From: Octopus vulgaris | Taxonomy: Eukaryota | Assembly: GCA_951406725.2 (NCBI GenBank) | Contig: OX597818.1 | Location: forward strand, 131,068,001 to 131,132,000 | Direction of reading: 5' to 3' | DNA length: 64,000 bases | Shown here: in pieces, positions 42,600 through 55,669 of the stretch | Layout: the number at the start of each line of letters is the position of its first letter | Numbering within the stretch: the stretch's first letter is position 1 | The notes under the pieces: model-generated | What the model was told of the DNA's origin: nothing | What the model saw: the letters and a program-made list of their open reading frames with translations, nothing else | Databases searched by the model: none | Program-made: the position numbers and the translations under genes

Positions 42600-43103
42600 T
42601 ATAAATCTATAATATAAATTCTTGGTAATCTATATTGATCTTTCTGTAATTACCAAAAAAAAAAAGAAAAAAGGAGATAATAATAATAATAATGATAACA
42701 ACAACGACAACAACATCATAAAACTACTCCCATTTAAACTTATTCTGGTGACAGAGTTTTTGTTGGTTTAAGGTGCTGAATTCCTAACGCAAATTTCCTG
42801 ACTCCAAAGCCTCTCTAGCACCAGGAAAATATTTCTACTGTGGAACTGAAATAGCTGGATAGGTATGCAAACAGATGGGACTTTGGAGCTCATCAGAGTT
42901 GAGTTCAAAACCTACTACTGCTATTTTGATGTATATTTAACCTAGTCACCCCTGAGCATAGGGAGACAACTGTGTGCATTGATGAACCCACTCAGAACAC
43001 ATAAACACACACGTTTCAATAAAAATGGACTGAATGAAAACTTTTGAACAGAATCAACAACAAATCCCACTACGTGGCACCTTGGACAAGTGTCTCCTAC
43101 TAT

Positions 43104-43413
43104 AGCCTCGGGCCGACCAAAACCTTGTGAGTGGATTTAGTAGACAGAAACTGAAAGAAGCCCGTCGTATATATGTATATATATGTATGTGCATATGTTT
43201 GTGTGTCTGTGTTTGTCCCCGCCAACATCGCTTGACAACCGATGCTGGTGTGTGTACGTCCCTGTAACTTAGCGGTTCGGAAAAAGAGACCGATAGAATA
43301 AGTACTAGGCTTACAAAGAATAAGTCCTGGAGTCGATTTGATCGACTAAAAAAAGGTTGTGCTCCAGCATGGCCACAGTCAAATGACTGAAACAAGTAAA
43401 AGAGTAAAAGAGT
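43104..43413 (+). mobile_element. SINE family A lacking most of the head
   Basis: Colinear with the family A body and tail. Confidence 0.88.
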
Positions 43414-44255
43414 AAATCCAGAATATTATCTGGAACTGGTGCTATCAGAACATCAGTTTGATGCCTGTTTTCCATGCTGGCTTGACATGGATGAGTTCTT
43501 ATGATCTGAGTCATTTCCTATTGAGAACCATTCCTGTCACAGTTGGATTGATATTTGTATGTATCCTTTTGGCTAGCTTTCTATAGCAGGAAGCCCTTAT
43601 GGAGTGTACTGGGTGCATTTTCTCATGGTGCCAACTCTAGAGATGTTAATAAGTCCTTGGTAAAACACAATTAAAAGCATGTTGTAGTGCGGTGCTTTCT
43701 TTTTCTGTTTGTTTGCCATCCATTTCACAGTATGTACATTTTCATGGCACCAGCACTAGAGAGGTTGTCAAACCCTCAGTGAGAAAGAACTGCTCACTCA
43801 CCAATCACTATGAAGATTGTGCAAGATGGATAAGGCTTCCTTTCACAGCACCAACACATGTAACTTGTACATTGTAAGTACAGAGAGTGTTCAATAACCT
43901 AAGCCATGCACTTCCATTCAAGTTAGGTACCCAATGAGGGGAACAGGAGAGAGAACTATGTTAAAGGTACATGTGCCTGTAGAGTGGTCAGCTACTTGCA
44001 TGTTAATTTCACAACCAGGCTGTTTCATTGATCGGATCAAATGGAACTCTGATGAAGTGCCAGCTGTGATCTGTGTTATAATATTGCATGCTGATTGTAA
44101 TGGACAAATGGTATGAAGTTAGAGATTACATAATACATGAACTATATCATGTGTTGTAATAGTGGGTGGTAATAGTATAGATATAGTGTTACAAATGCGT
44201 AATGTATGAGCTGCACAGGTAGTGACTGAGTAAAACATAATTTGTATGGGTTCCA

Positions 44256-44312
<57 letters not shown>

Positions 44313-44316
<4 letters not shown>

Positions 44317-44644
44317 CACGTGACCAACCAGACCATCAGATGTTGTTACACATCGCTGGTCACAATGCCTTCGCATTGTTTTAGCCGTCAAATGACGCCA
44401 CCCCGCTGGCTAAGCGAGCAGGCAAACAGAAAAAAGAGTGGGAGAAAGAGTGGTGAAAGAGTACAGCAGGGATCACCACCCCCTGCCGGAGCCTCGTGGA
44501 GCTTTTTAGGTGTTTTTGCTCAATAAACACACACAAAACCCGGTCTGGGAATCGAAACCGCGATCCTGCGACCGCGAGAACAATGCGAACGCATTATGAC
44601 CAGCAATGTGTAACAACATCTGATGGTCTGGTCGGTCACGTGAT

Positions 44645-44646
<2 letters not shown>
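44313..44646. mobile_element. MITE-like element with 68-bp TIRs enclosing a SINE D fragment, in (TA)n
   Basis: 44313-44380 is the reverse complement of 44579-44646 (4 mismatches); interior about 44425-44578 matches SINE D. Confidence 0.85.
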
Positions 44647-44683
<37 letters not shown>

Positions 44684-45259
44684 ATATATAATATATATCT
44701 TTCTTTTATCTTTTACTTGTTTCAGTTATGTGACTGTGGCACCACCTTGAAGGATTTTAGTTGGACAAATCGACCAGAGGACTAATTATTTTTAAGCTGG
44801 GTACCTATTCTGACGGTCACTCTAGCTGAACCACTATGTTACTCAAGAACAGCCCTGGTGGAACCGTCCAACCCATGGACAACAGATGTTAAATGATGAT
44901 GATGATGACTACAATTTAGCTTTAGGAAGAGAAGCAGTGCTGAAAATCATGGCCAACCCTCCTACATTTGTAAGGTTGATGTGATTAATGTCTGACTTTG
45001 ATGTTTGTCCATTACAGAGTATGGCAAGGGGGCACCCAATAGGAATAGTGCACACCAACAAATAGGAAGATGTAACCTCACTCACCAAATGTACGCACAA
45101 ACAACATATACACACATATACATACACACATGTACACACAAAAATATTTACATGCACAACACACACACACATATATATATTTTATACATACATACAAAAA
45201 TACATATACAAGTATACATACATTTAGGTATGCATGTGTGTGTGTGTGTCTGCATGTAT

Positions 45260-45375
45260 TTATAGACAGACAGACAGACAGATAGATAGATAGATAGACA
45301 GACATAAATAGATAGATAGATAGATAGATAGTTAGACAGACATAGATAGATAGATAGATAGATAGATAGACAGAC

Positions 45376-45440
<65 letters not shown>

Positions 45441-45469
45441 CAGAGATAGATAGATAGACAGATAGATAC

Positions 45470-45535
<66 letters not shown>

Positions 45536-45540
45536 AGATA
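45260..45540. repeat. (GATA)n/(GACA)n microsatellite
   Basis: Direct inspection. Confidence 0.95.
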
Positions 45541-45884
45541 CACACACACATATACATATGCCATATATATCTACACACATGCATGCATACACACACAGAC
45601 ACACATATATATGCATCTTCAGTTTCAAATACACATAATGTACTAACACACAATTGACTAGAAACAGCCATCAAATATAATAATCACCAATGGATACACT
45701 GAAACTTTAATCAACGGGGCAAGCTGGCGAGGGTAATGGGAGTTCCAAGTGCAGGTCGGAGTTTTCACAACTTCGGTTGCTATAGGAGTGGGCGCTTAAT
45801 GAAGAAAACGGTAATGGTGATGATGATGACAAGAACTTGCAATATGATGATGACGACAATGACAACGACGAAAATGTTGATGAC

Positions 45885-45922
<38 letters not shown>

Positions 45923-47800
45923 AAATGATCCAATCTATTTTATCGTTTACCAATTACTGTGATACATTCTCAAAAAAAATTATGCATCCACCCCTCTAAC
46001 CCATCACACCTCATTGAACAGAGGCTTGATCGACTCCACCACCCCATTGTGCGGCAAGAAATATTCTAGTTGATTCTTCTTCATCACCCAAAACGTTTTC
46101 TTCTTTCCTTCTTCCAAAATTTCTTTTTTTTTTTTACCCAATTTTCTTCATCATTCAAAATTGACATGTTTTCTTCTACATAAACTTAAAGGATTACTAT
46201 TACAATTATAATTATAATTATTATTGTTGTTGTTATTTCGAACTCAATATTGTTCTCTCTCCATTCGAACCCGATTCATACTGACATCTGTCTAAAGTTT
46301 AGCAACGGTCATTTGGTGAAAATCAAAAAATACTCAAACTTGGGGTCGAATTATTTCTGTTCCAATATCATCTATAAATGGATTTTGAGTGAGAGGTAGC
46401 AGAAGCCGGAAAAAAAAAAAAAAAATCAAAAGAAAAAAGACTTTGAGTAAAAAAAAAAAAAAAAAGGAATCATAAAATAAAAACACAAAAAAAGGACATG
46501 TAAATGATAAAAACAAAATTATAAAAAAAAAAATGAAACAGATTATTTCTTTGAATTCCCTAATTCAAATCCATGTTATATGGTTATGTTGAAACATGTT
46601 GTGACTGGAATTAGCTTCGACTTCCTAATGAAAGAACCCCTTTATTTAGGAATATAATTATCATTAACTTAAGTGGTTCTTGGCTGCTTCTTTCATTCTT
46701 TTTGCAATGCAGCAGGCCCATTGCATTAACTAATTACTTGAGCAATCAACAGAGGTCTTGGACTAATTTATTCTGTAATGCTACTGCAGTTACTGTTGTT
46801 GTTTATTACTGTTGTTTTCCTGCTGCTACTACAACTATTATTGTTGTTGTTCTTGTTTTTATGGCTACTACCTGTACTGTTAGAATATACATGTACAGAT
46901 GAAACTAAAGAAATTTTCTACTAACTTGTAAAAGTTTTGGTTTTATTTCAGAAATAAATTTTAAATTTCTAAGTAAAAGTGTGATTGACTGTGTGGCTGA
47001 AAAACTTGCTTTGCAGCTACCTGGCTTTAGGTTCAGTCCTATTGCTTGGAACCTTGGACCAAGCAATGGGACTACTATAGCTCTGGGCTTGTGAGTGAAT
47101 TTGATAGACACAAACTGTATGGGAGCCAATCATATATAAATACATACATATATACGGATATAGTTATGCATATATTGGTACAGGACGTCATAATATGTAA
47201 ATAACATGAAATACAAAAATAAAGTTGGGTATGCAAAGACTGAGAGAAACAAATGTAAAACAAGAAAAGTAACATAAAAAAGGACCCTTCATCCGTTTTC
47301 CTTCTACTCCTTATTTTGAGCAATAAATGACAATATAAGACTTTGAAGGCAGTTGCTCCTACGAACCATGATAAAATTTGGGATTTGCAGAGTGTCTTCC
47401 ATATCAATTTGATATGGACTCTGGTAGAAATTATGTAATTAGAGGTTAATTTAATTGACTTACCCCTCCTTCAAAATTTCAGGCCTTTTGCTTATGTTAC
47501 AAACAATTTTAAAATTTGGAAGCAAATTACAACCAGATAATATCACAGTACAGTTAGATGCAGGCATAGGTGTGTGGTTTAAGAAGTTTGCTTTAAAATT
47601 ACTCAATTAGGGGTTCAGTCCCACTGTGTGGATGCTGTTAGCTGAGGTCCTTGGCTATAACCACAGGTCAATCAATACCTTGTGAGTGAAATTCTCATCC
47701 TTGGGGAACCCCAACTCCACTATAACATGAAGAGGTGTCAACAAGTGAATTGCCAAGCCATCGTCATCGTCGTTGTTGTTCTGCACACAGATTGTAAACT

Positions 47801-48160
47801 ACGCAGGAGTGGCTGTGTGGTAAGTAGCTTGCTTACCAGCCACATGGTTCCGGGTTCAGTCCCACTGCGTGGCATCTTGGGCAAGTGTCTTCTGCTATAG
47901 CCCCGGGCCGACCAATGCCTTGTGAGTGGATTTGGTAGACGGAAACTGAAAGAAGCCTGTCCCCCTAGCATTGCTTGACAACCGATGCTGGTGTGTTTAC
48001 GTCCCCGTCACTTAGCGGTTCGGCAAAAGAGACCGATAGAATAAGTACTGGGCTTACAAAGAATAAGTCCCGGGGTCGATTTGCTCGACTAAAGGCGGTG
48101 CTCCAGTATGACCGCAGTCAAATGACTGAAACAGGTAAAAGAGTAAAAGAGTAAAAGAGT
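47801..48160 (+). mobile_element. SINE family A lacking the central microsatellite
   Basis: AAGAAGCCTGTC joins directly to CCCCTAGC. Confidence 0.9.
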
Positions 48161-49319
48161 TATTCACACAAACAGATTTGTTTGCTTGCTGCTTTCCTGA
48201 AAGCATTTTTCAAGCTATTTATCTTTTGATAGCCTGGGTATTATTACCATCTTTGGGAAACAGGTGAAGCTTTCATCAGAAGGGCATTCAATCACAGAAA
48301 ATCTCAGCCTCAATGTATTCTTGACTGACCAAAGAAAACAGGGAAAATAGATATCAAAATGATGACGATGTTATAATTATATAATACTGTGATGACGGTG
48401 ATGATTATAATTATACGATACTATGATGACGATGATATCAAGAACAAAATTATAGTAAAGAAAATTTATCTTCTTTGGAAGCACTCTCCTAGCACAATTA
48501 GAATATACACTTACCCAGCATCTTAATTGCATTCCATGTCAATTTGATATGGACTCTGGTAGAAATTACATAATTAGAGGTTAAATGTGATATCCATATT
48601 TGACATATCTTACATGAAACATCCGCCACAAGGTAGATGTCTTGCTCTGCCATGAGTGATCATCATCACTTTTGACAGATTTTTGATTATATTTCTCTTT
48701 GATCATACCTACCGTTTAATTTTACATCATTAAATAGATATCATTATATTTACTGATATTAGTATTACAAATCTAGAATAAGATTTGAGTGAGAAAAAAA
48801 AAATAATATTGAAAATAGTGTTAAGCAATGACTAATGCCTATTTTCTTTTCACTTTTTCAGCAGGAATGAGAGATAACTCTGCATATGTTTCTGCCTTAT
48901 TTTGTCATTCCCATCTTCAGGAACCTCCATTTTCATTATAAAATGTAGATATGAAAGCAAATGCACTACTAAGTCATTGCCATCATCATCACCACCATCA
49001 CCAATACCACCACGACCACGACCACAACCACCACTAACAACAACAACAACACCAACACTACCACCATTTTAATGTCCACTTTTTCATATTTGCATGGGTC
49101 AAATAAAGTTTACTGAGGCAGATTTTCTACAGCTGTATGGCCTTCCTGTTGCCAGCTCTCTCATCTCAAAGCAAGGCATTATTTTCCCATGATCATACAT
49201 TTTTCATGTGGCACAAGTACACACACACAAACTCACACTCACTCACACACACACACACGCATGCACACACACACACAGATACACACATACGCACAGATAT
49301 GTATACATATACATAATCG

Positions 49320-49527
49320 TTTCTACTCTAGGTACAAGGCCCGAAATTTTGTGGGAGCGGACCAGTTGATTAGATCGAACTCAGTACGAAACTCGTACTT
49401 AATTTATCGACCCCGAAAGGATGAAAGGCAAAGTCAACCGCAGCGGAATTTGAACTCGGAGCGTAAAGACAGGTCAAATAACGCTAAGCATTTTGTCCCG
49501 CATGCTAACATTTCTGCCAGCTCACCA
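49320..49527 (-). mobile_element. SINE family B (alternative tail)
   Basis: TTTATCGACCCCGAAAGGATGAAAGGCAAAGTC...GGAATTTGAACTC. Confidence 0.85.
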
Positions 49528-49664
49528 CTCTATATATATATATATACATAATGTTAGCTCAGAGGTTCTCAAACTAATACCCTAAGTGCCCCCACCCCTA
49601 TTTTTATGCATAAATAATTGTTTTATATATTAAAATCGGAATCAAAATCAAAGTGAAATTCGAT

Positions 49665-50045
49665 GATGGGCACGAGCACCATACGAGTGTGATCGTTGAC
49701 AGAGTGGCTAACTGGCTTCTGTGGCAGTGGCACATAAAAGGCACCATTCGAGTGTGATCGTTACCAGCTTCGCCTTACTGGTACTTGTGTCCCGTGCTAG
49801 TAGGGTGCTAAGAGCACCATCTGAGCATGATCGTTGCCAGAGTGGCTAACTGGCTTCCGTGCAGGTGGCACGTAGGAGGCACCATTCGAGCGGGATCATT
49901 ACCAGCATCGCCTTACTGGCACCTGTGCCATTGGCATGTGTAAAAAAAAAAGAATTCGAGTGAGGTCATTGCCAGTACCGCCTGCCTGGCCCCCCATGCC
50001 GGTGGCACGTAAATGCACCCATTACACTCTCGGAGTGGTTGGCGT
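49665..50045 (+). mobile_element. Family C body with internal tandem units, tail missing
   Basis: GCACCAT(T)CGAGYGTGATCGTT repeated; ends ACACTCTCGGAGTGGTTGGCGT. Confidence 0.75.
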
Positions 50046-50171
50046 GTATACACAATTATGATACAATAAATTCACAGCATCCCCCAATTCACTGCCTTCC
50101 TCCCAATGCTTCCATTTTATTTACTGCCCTCTTAGACACCAGCACCCACCTGGACTGTCTCAACGCCCACC

Positions 50172-50373
50172 AGGTGGCAGCAGAAACGTTAGCACGCCGG
50201 GCGAAATGCGTAGCCGTATTTCGTCTGTCGTTACGTTGTGAGTTCAAAATCCGCCGAGGTCGACTTTGCCTTTCATCCTTTCGGGGTCGATAAATTAAGT
50301 ACCAGTTACGCACCTATGTCTGTCCTTGTTTGTCCCCTCTATGTTTAGCCCCTTGTGGGTAATAAAGAAATAG
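50172..50373 (+). mobile_element. SINE family B with small internal deletion
   Basis: Family B head, central domain and tail. Confidence 0.88.
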
Positions 50374-51134
50374 GTAGCATCCACTTTGAGAATTTATGTG
50401 TTAGCTGATGAAGTTTTACCACATAAAACACACACACACACACAACAGACTTCTTTCAGTTTCCATCAGCCACATGAAATCACAAGGTGTTTTGTCATAA
50501 ACATAAAAATTCTGTTCTCCTCTCTGCATAACACACTTATGAATTTGTCTCATTATGTTTTGTGAGCTCAAAAGATTTTCAAAGGATATTCTTTTGTTAT
50601 ATTAGATCCAATGTCAGTACTTCACAATAATATTATTATTAATGGGATTCCAGTAAGGTGAAAAATTTGTACACAAAATTTTAAGAACCAGGACATAAAT
50701 CAGACTGTATTTCCTTTGATGCTCCCACAATTCTGTTAATGCCATGTTCTTAGATGCTGCTTTATTTATCAACTCTAAAAATGATGTAGATCAGAGATGG
50801 GCAAAGTGAGATTTGAACATAATATACAGAGAGCTTGACCAAATACCACTAGGTGTTCTATTGGTATATAAATAAAGGAGAACTATTTAGAAATTAAACA
50901 ATGTTGAAACTTGTTTTGTATCCTAGCAGAGAGGTAATATGGGGGATATAATCATTTTTTCATAATATTTGGCAAGATTAGAAGCTTGAAACTGAAATGA
51001 AGGAAGAAGGAAAAAGATGGATATAATATATATTTAATTTTTTTATTGTTGCCTACAATTACGAAGTTATAAAAATGTCTAGTCAGTGGTGATAATAAAT
51101 AGGACTATTTCATTCTTTTTAGAAATTGTCAGTA

Positions 51135-51551
51135 GTGGTTGTGTGGTAAGTAGCTTGCTAACCAACCACATGGTTCCGGGTTCAGTCCCACTGTGCGGCA
51201 TCTTGGGCAAGTGTCTTCTGCTATAGCCCCGGGCCGACCAATGCCTTGTGAGTGGATTTAGTAGACAGAAACTGAAAGAAGCCTGGCGTATACATGTATA
51301 TATATATATATATATATACATATGTATGTGTGTGTATGTGTTTGTGTGTCTGTGTTTGTCTCCCTAGCATTGCTTGACAACCGATGCTGATGTGTTTACA
51401 TCCCCGACACTTAGCGGCTCGGCAAAAGAGACCGATAGAATAAGTACTGGGCTTACAAAGAATAAGTCCCAGGGTCGATTTGCTCGACTAAAGGCGGTGC
51501 TCCAGCATGGCCGCAGTCAAATGACTGAAACAAGTAAAAGAGTAAAAGAGT
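51135..51551 (+). mobile_element. SINE family A
   Basis: Colinear with 13991-14390. Confidence 0.9.
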
Positions 51552-51567
51552 ATGACATAACCTGAGA

Positions 51568-52138
51568 TCATCATCATCACTACCTTCATCATTTAGCGTC
51601 CATTTTCCATGCTGGCATGGGTTGGACAGTTTGACAGGATATGACCGGCCAGAGAGCTACATCAGGCTCCAATTGTCTGTTTTGAAATGGTTTCTATGGC
51701 TGGATACCCTTTCTAATGCCAACCACTTTACAGTGTATTGAGTGCTTTTTATGTGCTGGTATGCAGCACCAGCATGGGTTCTTTATATGTAGCACCAGTA
51801 TAAGTGCTTTCCACATGGCACTGGCATGTGGCTCTGGCATGGCTGCTATTCCTGTGACACCAAAATGGGTACTTTTTACATGGAAGAGAAACAGGTGTGT
51901 TTTGTGTGGCACCAGTATCTGCAAGCTTGCAAAACAAGCACTACTTGACTGAGAGAAAGAGTGGAAGGCATAGCTGTAAAGAACATGCCTGTATGTATGG
52001 ATGGCCAAGATTTTACCTAGCTTGACATAGCTTTTCAAACACAACAAATCCTCAGAAGTCTTGGTCTCCTGTCATCTCCGCAGTGAGGCCCAACCTCTGA
52101 AGATCCATTCCCATCACTTTGCCCCACGTCTTCTTGGA
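51568..52138 (-). mobile_element. RTE-like LINE 3' end: RT C-terminal relic followed by family C-type 3' sequence
   Basis: SKKTWGKVMGMDLQRLGLTAEMTGDQDF* resembles the RTE-type P(K/R)KTW..V..DL..LGL...DR..W motif; downstream sequence ends in the family C tail + (GAT)n. Confidence 0.7.
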
Positions 52139-52500
52139 GATATTTCTATTAAACAATTTATCCACCACAATTAAACCATATGTGAGTGTCAGCATATTTA
52201 ACAAATACAGGAGACAGCTAGGGAAGAAAACTATAGACATGTTCCTGCTTATTTGAGCCTCTTCAAATACGAAACATGAAGACAGTAAATTAACAGTGAT
52301 GTGATATAACTGGATAGAAAGGCTTAAAATATTTGTTCCAAATCTCTACACAGTTAAAATTCCACCGAAGTCAATTTTACTTTCAGCTTTTTGAGATCAA
52401 TAAATAACAAGCACCAATCCAGTGAGAGAAATTGGCTAAAGAGCACTGAATTTAATAAACCCCAGAATTATCAGCACCTTTGTCATTTATATCCCTAAGA

Positions 52501-52885
52501 GGCGCAGGAGCGGCTGTGTGGTAAGTAGCTTGCTAACCAGCCACATGGTTCCGGGTTCAGTCCCACTGCGGGGCATTTTGGGCAAGTGTCTTCTGCTATA
52601 GCCCCAGGCCGACCAATGCCTTGTGAGTGGACTTGGTAGACGGAAACTGAAAGAAGCCTGTCGTATATATGTATATTTATATATGTATGTGTGTGTGTTT
52701 GTGTGTCTGTGTTTGTCCCCCTAGCATTGCTTGACAACCGATTACTTAGCGGTTCAGCAAAAGAGACCGATAGAATAAGTACTGGGCTTACAAAGAATAA
52801 GTCCCGGGGTCGATTTGCTTGACTAAAGGCGGTGCTCCAGCATGGCCGCAGTCAAATGACTGAAACAAGTAAAAGAGTAAAAGAG
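52501..52885 (+). mobile_element. SINE family A with short deletion
   Basis: Colinear with family A; lacks the GCTGGTGTGTTTACGTCCCC segment. Confidence 0.9.
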
Positions 52886-53316
52886 AGAGATGTCTCCAAC
52901 TGAACTCCAAATAATATGGTCATCAGTTCACAAGAGGTAGATGAACTAAAGTGATATAAAATATGTTTTATTTAGAAACACAACCAAATGCTTACAGCAG
53001 GTTTGAACTCAAAAGTTGGCAGTGTAGTCCCCTATTGGCTTACCTACTCAGTCATCTCAACATTGTAACATACATAAAAGCACACACACATAGACATACA
53101 CACACATATGCATGCACACACACATGCACACACGAACAATTCATAATTATCTTAGTGTTTAGTTTCCATCTTACAACTTATTGTCAAACTGATAAGTAAA
53201 AAGAGGGACACTAGGTGATAACATAAGAAAAAGACGTGATGGAGAGACGGAGGGGGCAGAGGCAGGAAAGAGGAAGAGATAAAAAAGGGAGAGATATCAG
53301 CAAAGAGAAAAAGCAG

Positions 53317-53348
<32 letters not shown>

Positions 53349-53454
53349 AATGCCAGGTGAGAGAGGAAGTGATGGATAGAATGAAAGAGAGAAGGTGAGG
53401 GAGAGGCAAAAAGTAATAAAAAAAGACAGAATGTGCATGTGCGAATGTGTGCAA

Positions 53455-53496
<42 letters not shown>

Positions 53497-53744
53497 CAGT
53501 GTGTGTATGTGTGTTTGATGGAATTACAGAGTAATGGAAGGAAAGAGGGAGAGTGGTGGGGAAAGAGGAGAGGTGGAGTGAAAGAGAAGTGATGTAAAAA
53601 AGTGAAAGAGTAGTAGAGAGAGAGGAGAAACAAAAGAGAAAGGGTAACAGAGGGCTAGAAAGAGGTAGAGAGTGAGTGACTGAAGGTGAGAGGGAGAGAG
53701 TGTGATAGAAAAAGAGAGAGAGAACAGTGGGCTGGAAAGAGAGA

Positions 53745-54330
53745 GTGAGAATAGAAAAGGGATAGGGACAGAGAGTGTGAGGGTGACAGAGAAAGAGGGA
53801 GAGGGGGAGGGGGAGGGGGAGAGAGGAGTGAGGGAGAGGGGAAAGGGATAGGGACAGAAAGTGTGAGAATGACAGAGAAAGAGGGAGAGGGGGAGAGAGA
53901 GAGGAGAGAGGGAGAGTGGAAAGGGATAGGGACAGAAAGTGTGAGAATGACAGAGAAAGAGGGAGAGGGGAGAGGGGGAGAGAGAGGAGAGAGGGAGAGT
54001 GGAAAGGGATAGGGACAGAGAGTGTGAGAATGACAGAGAAAGAGGGAGAGGGGGGAGAGGGGGAGAGAGAGGAGAGAGGGAGAGTGGAAAGGGATAGGGA
54101 CAGAGAGTGTGAAAATGACAGAGAAAGAGGGAGAGGGGGGAGAGAGGGGGAGAAGGGGTAGAGAGAGGAGAGAAAGTGAGAGTGGAAAAGGGATAGGGAC
54201 AGAGAGTGTGAGAATGACAGAGAGAGGGAGAGGGTGAGGGTGGGGTGAGAGAGGGGGAGAAGGAGATAGAGAGGGGGAACAGACAGAGAGAGAGAGTGAG
54301 AGTGGAAAAGGGATAAGGATGGAGAGTGAG
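53745..54330. repeat. Purine-rich minisatellite (unit about 55-85 bp, about 8 copies)
   Basis: GGAAAGGGATAGGGACAGARAGTGTGAGAATGACAGAGAAAGAGGGAGAGGGG repeated. Confidence 0.9.
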
Positions 54331-54357
54331 ATTGACAGAGGGACAGAATGAAAAAGT

Positions 54358-54399
<42 letters not shown>

Positions 54400-55173
54400 T
54401 ACAAATAAAGGCAGGGAGAGATTTAGAAAAGGTATGAAATATACTTCAGTCATCAAACTTCGTTGAGATTTCTCCCTCTTCATACAACTCAGCGTACAGT
54501 TTTGCTTGAAATGACGCAAAGCAATGAGCGAAACATGAAATATCAATCAAAATTATAATGTCCTTTGATGTCGGTATCTTAATTAAGATGTTAATACTTC
54601 AGTATCTAATTGGCAACATATAAATCAGCTGAACGCAATGTAAATGTAAATATAAGCTATAACCTTCTCACCAAAAGAATTTTCGAAAGATGGTAAGTTT
54701 CTAGGATGGAGAGAGAGAGAGAGAGAGAGCATGAAGAAACGGTAGATATTTAACCCAAAGATGATCAATGTTTGTGAGATCAAACATAGAAGAGAACCGA
54801 TTCCTTCTGATATATTTTTCAAAAGACAAGGAACCGATCTTGCAGATCTTTTGAAGTAGAATTTAGCAATAGCTGATTAGATGCAATAGATATCACATTC
54901 TTTGTAGAGTTATGTTTTACTTGCATATCTAGATATGTTCTATTCTCCAGTGTTATGTTAATGTTTGTGTTCCGGTGTACAAGGTAGTTTTTTTTTTTGT
55001 TTTTTGTTTTGTTTAGTAATATATTTTGGTTTGTTTTGGGTTTTTTTTTTTATCTATTTCGATTTTTTTTTTTTGGGTTTGCATTGCACTGGTAGATCTA
55101 GATATGTTTGTGTATATGATATGTATACACACATATATATATATATTCATGAAAACATACATACATGCATACA

Positions 55174-55237
<64 letters not shown>

Positions 55238-55413
55238 TGTATCTATGTACAAACACACACACGTATGTATAAATCGAAAACATGCACATTTATTCATGCC
55301 CTTTTCATATAACCAGATTAAGGGTGTATACATGTATGCATGCATGCATGTGTGTATATACATATATATATATATATATGTATATATATATGTATATATG
55401 TGTATATATATAT

Positions 55414-55447
<34 letters not shown>

Positions 55448-55631
55448 TGTACATACACATATGCAGTCATAGATGTTTGTGTGGCTGGAGAGGGAGTGTG
55501 GATATTACTTGAAGTTGCGCATATGAAGATTTTGAAAACTGATATGCAAACAGGATTTCAAAGTTTGAAAGTATTTAAATGAATCACATCATACTCACAC
55601 AGAAATATATAAACAAATAAATATTTATGTA

Positions 55632-55669
<38 letters not shown>

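Noticed and set aside
42795-42902. Minus-strand CTGATGA with a CTCCAAAG/CTTTGGAG stem and a later GAAA
   Set aside because: Stem II does not abut GAAA and no stem I/III pairing was found
48829-48925. Branch point + polypyrimidine + CAG acceptor-like signal
   Set aside because: No clear donor or recognisable peptide; such signals are common in AT-rich DNA
53524-54546. 340-aa Ser/Leu/Pro ORF
   Set aside because: Reading through a CT-rich minisatellite
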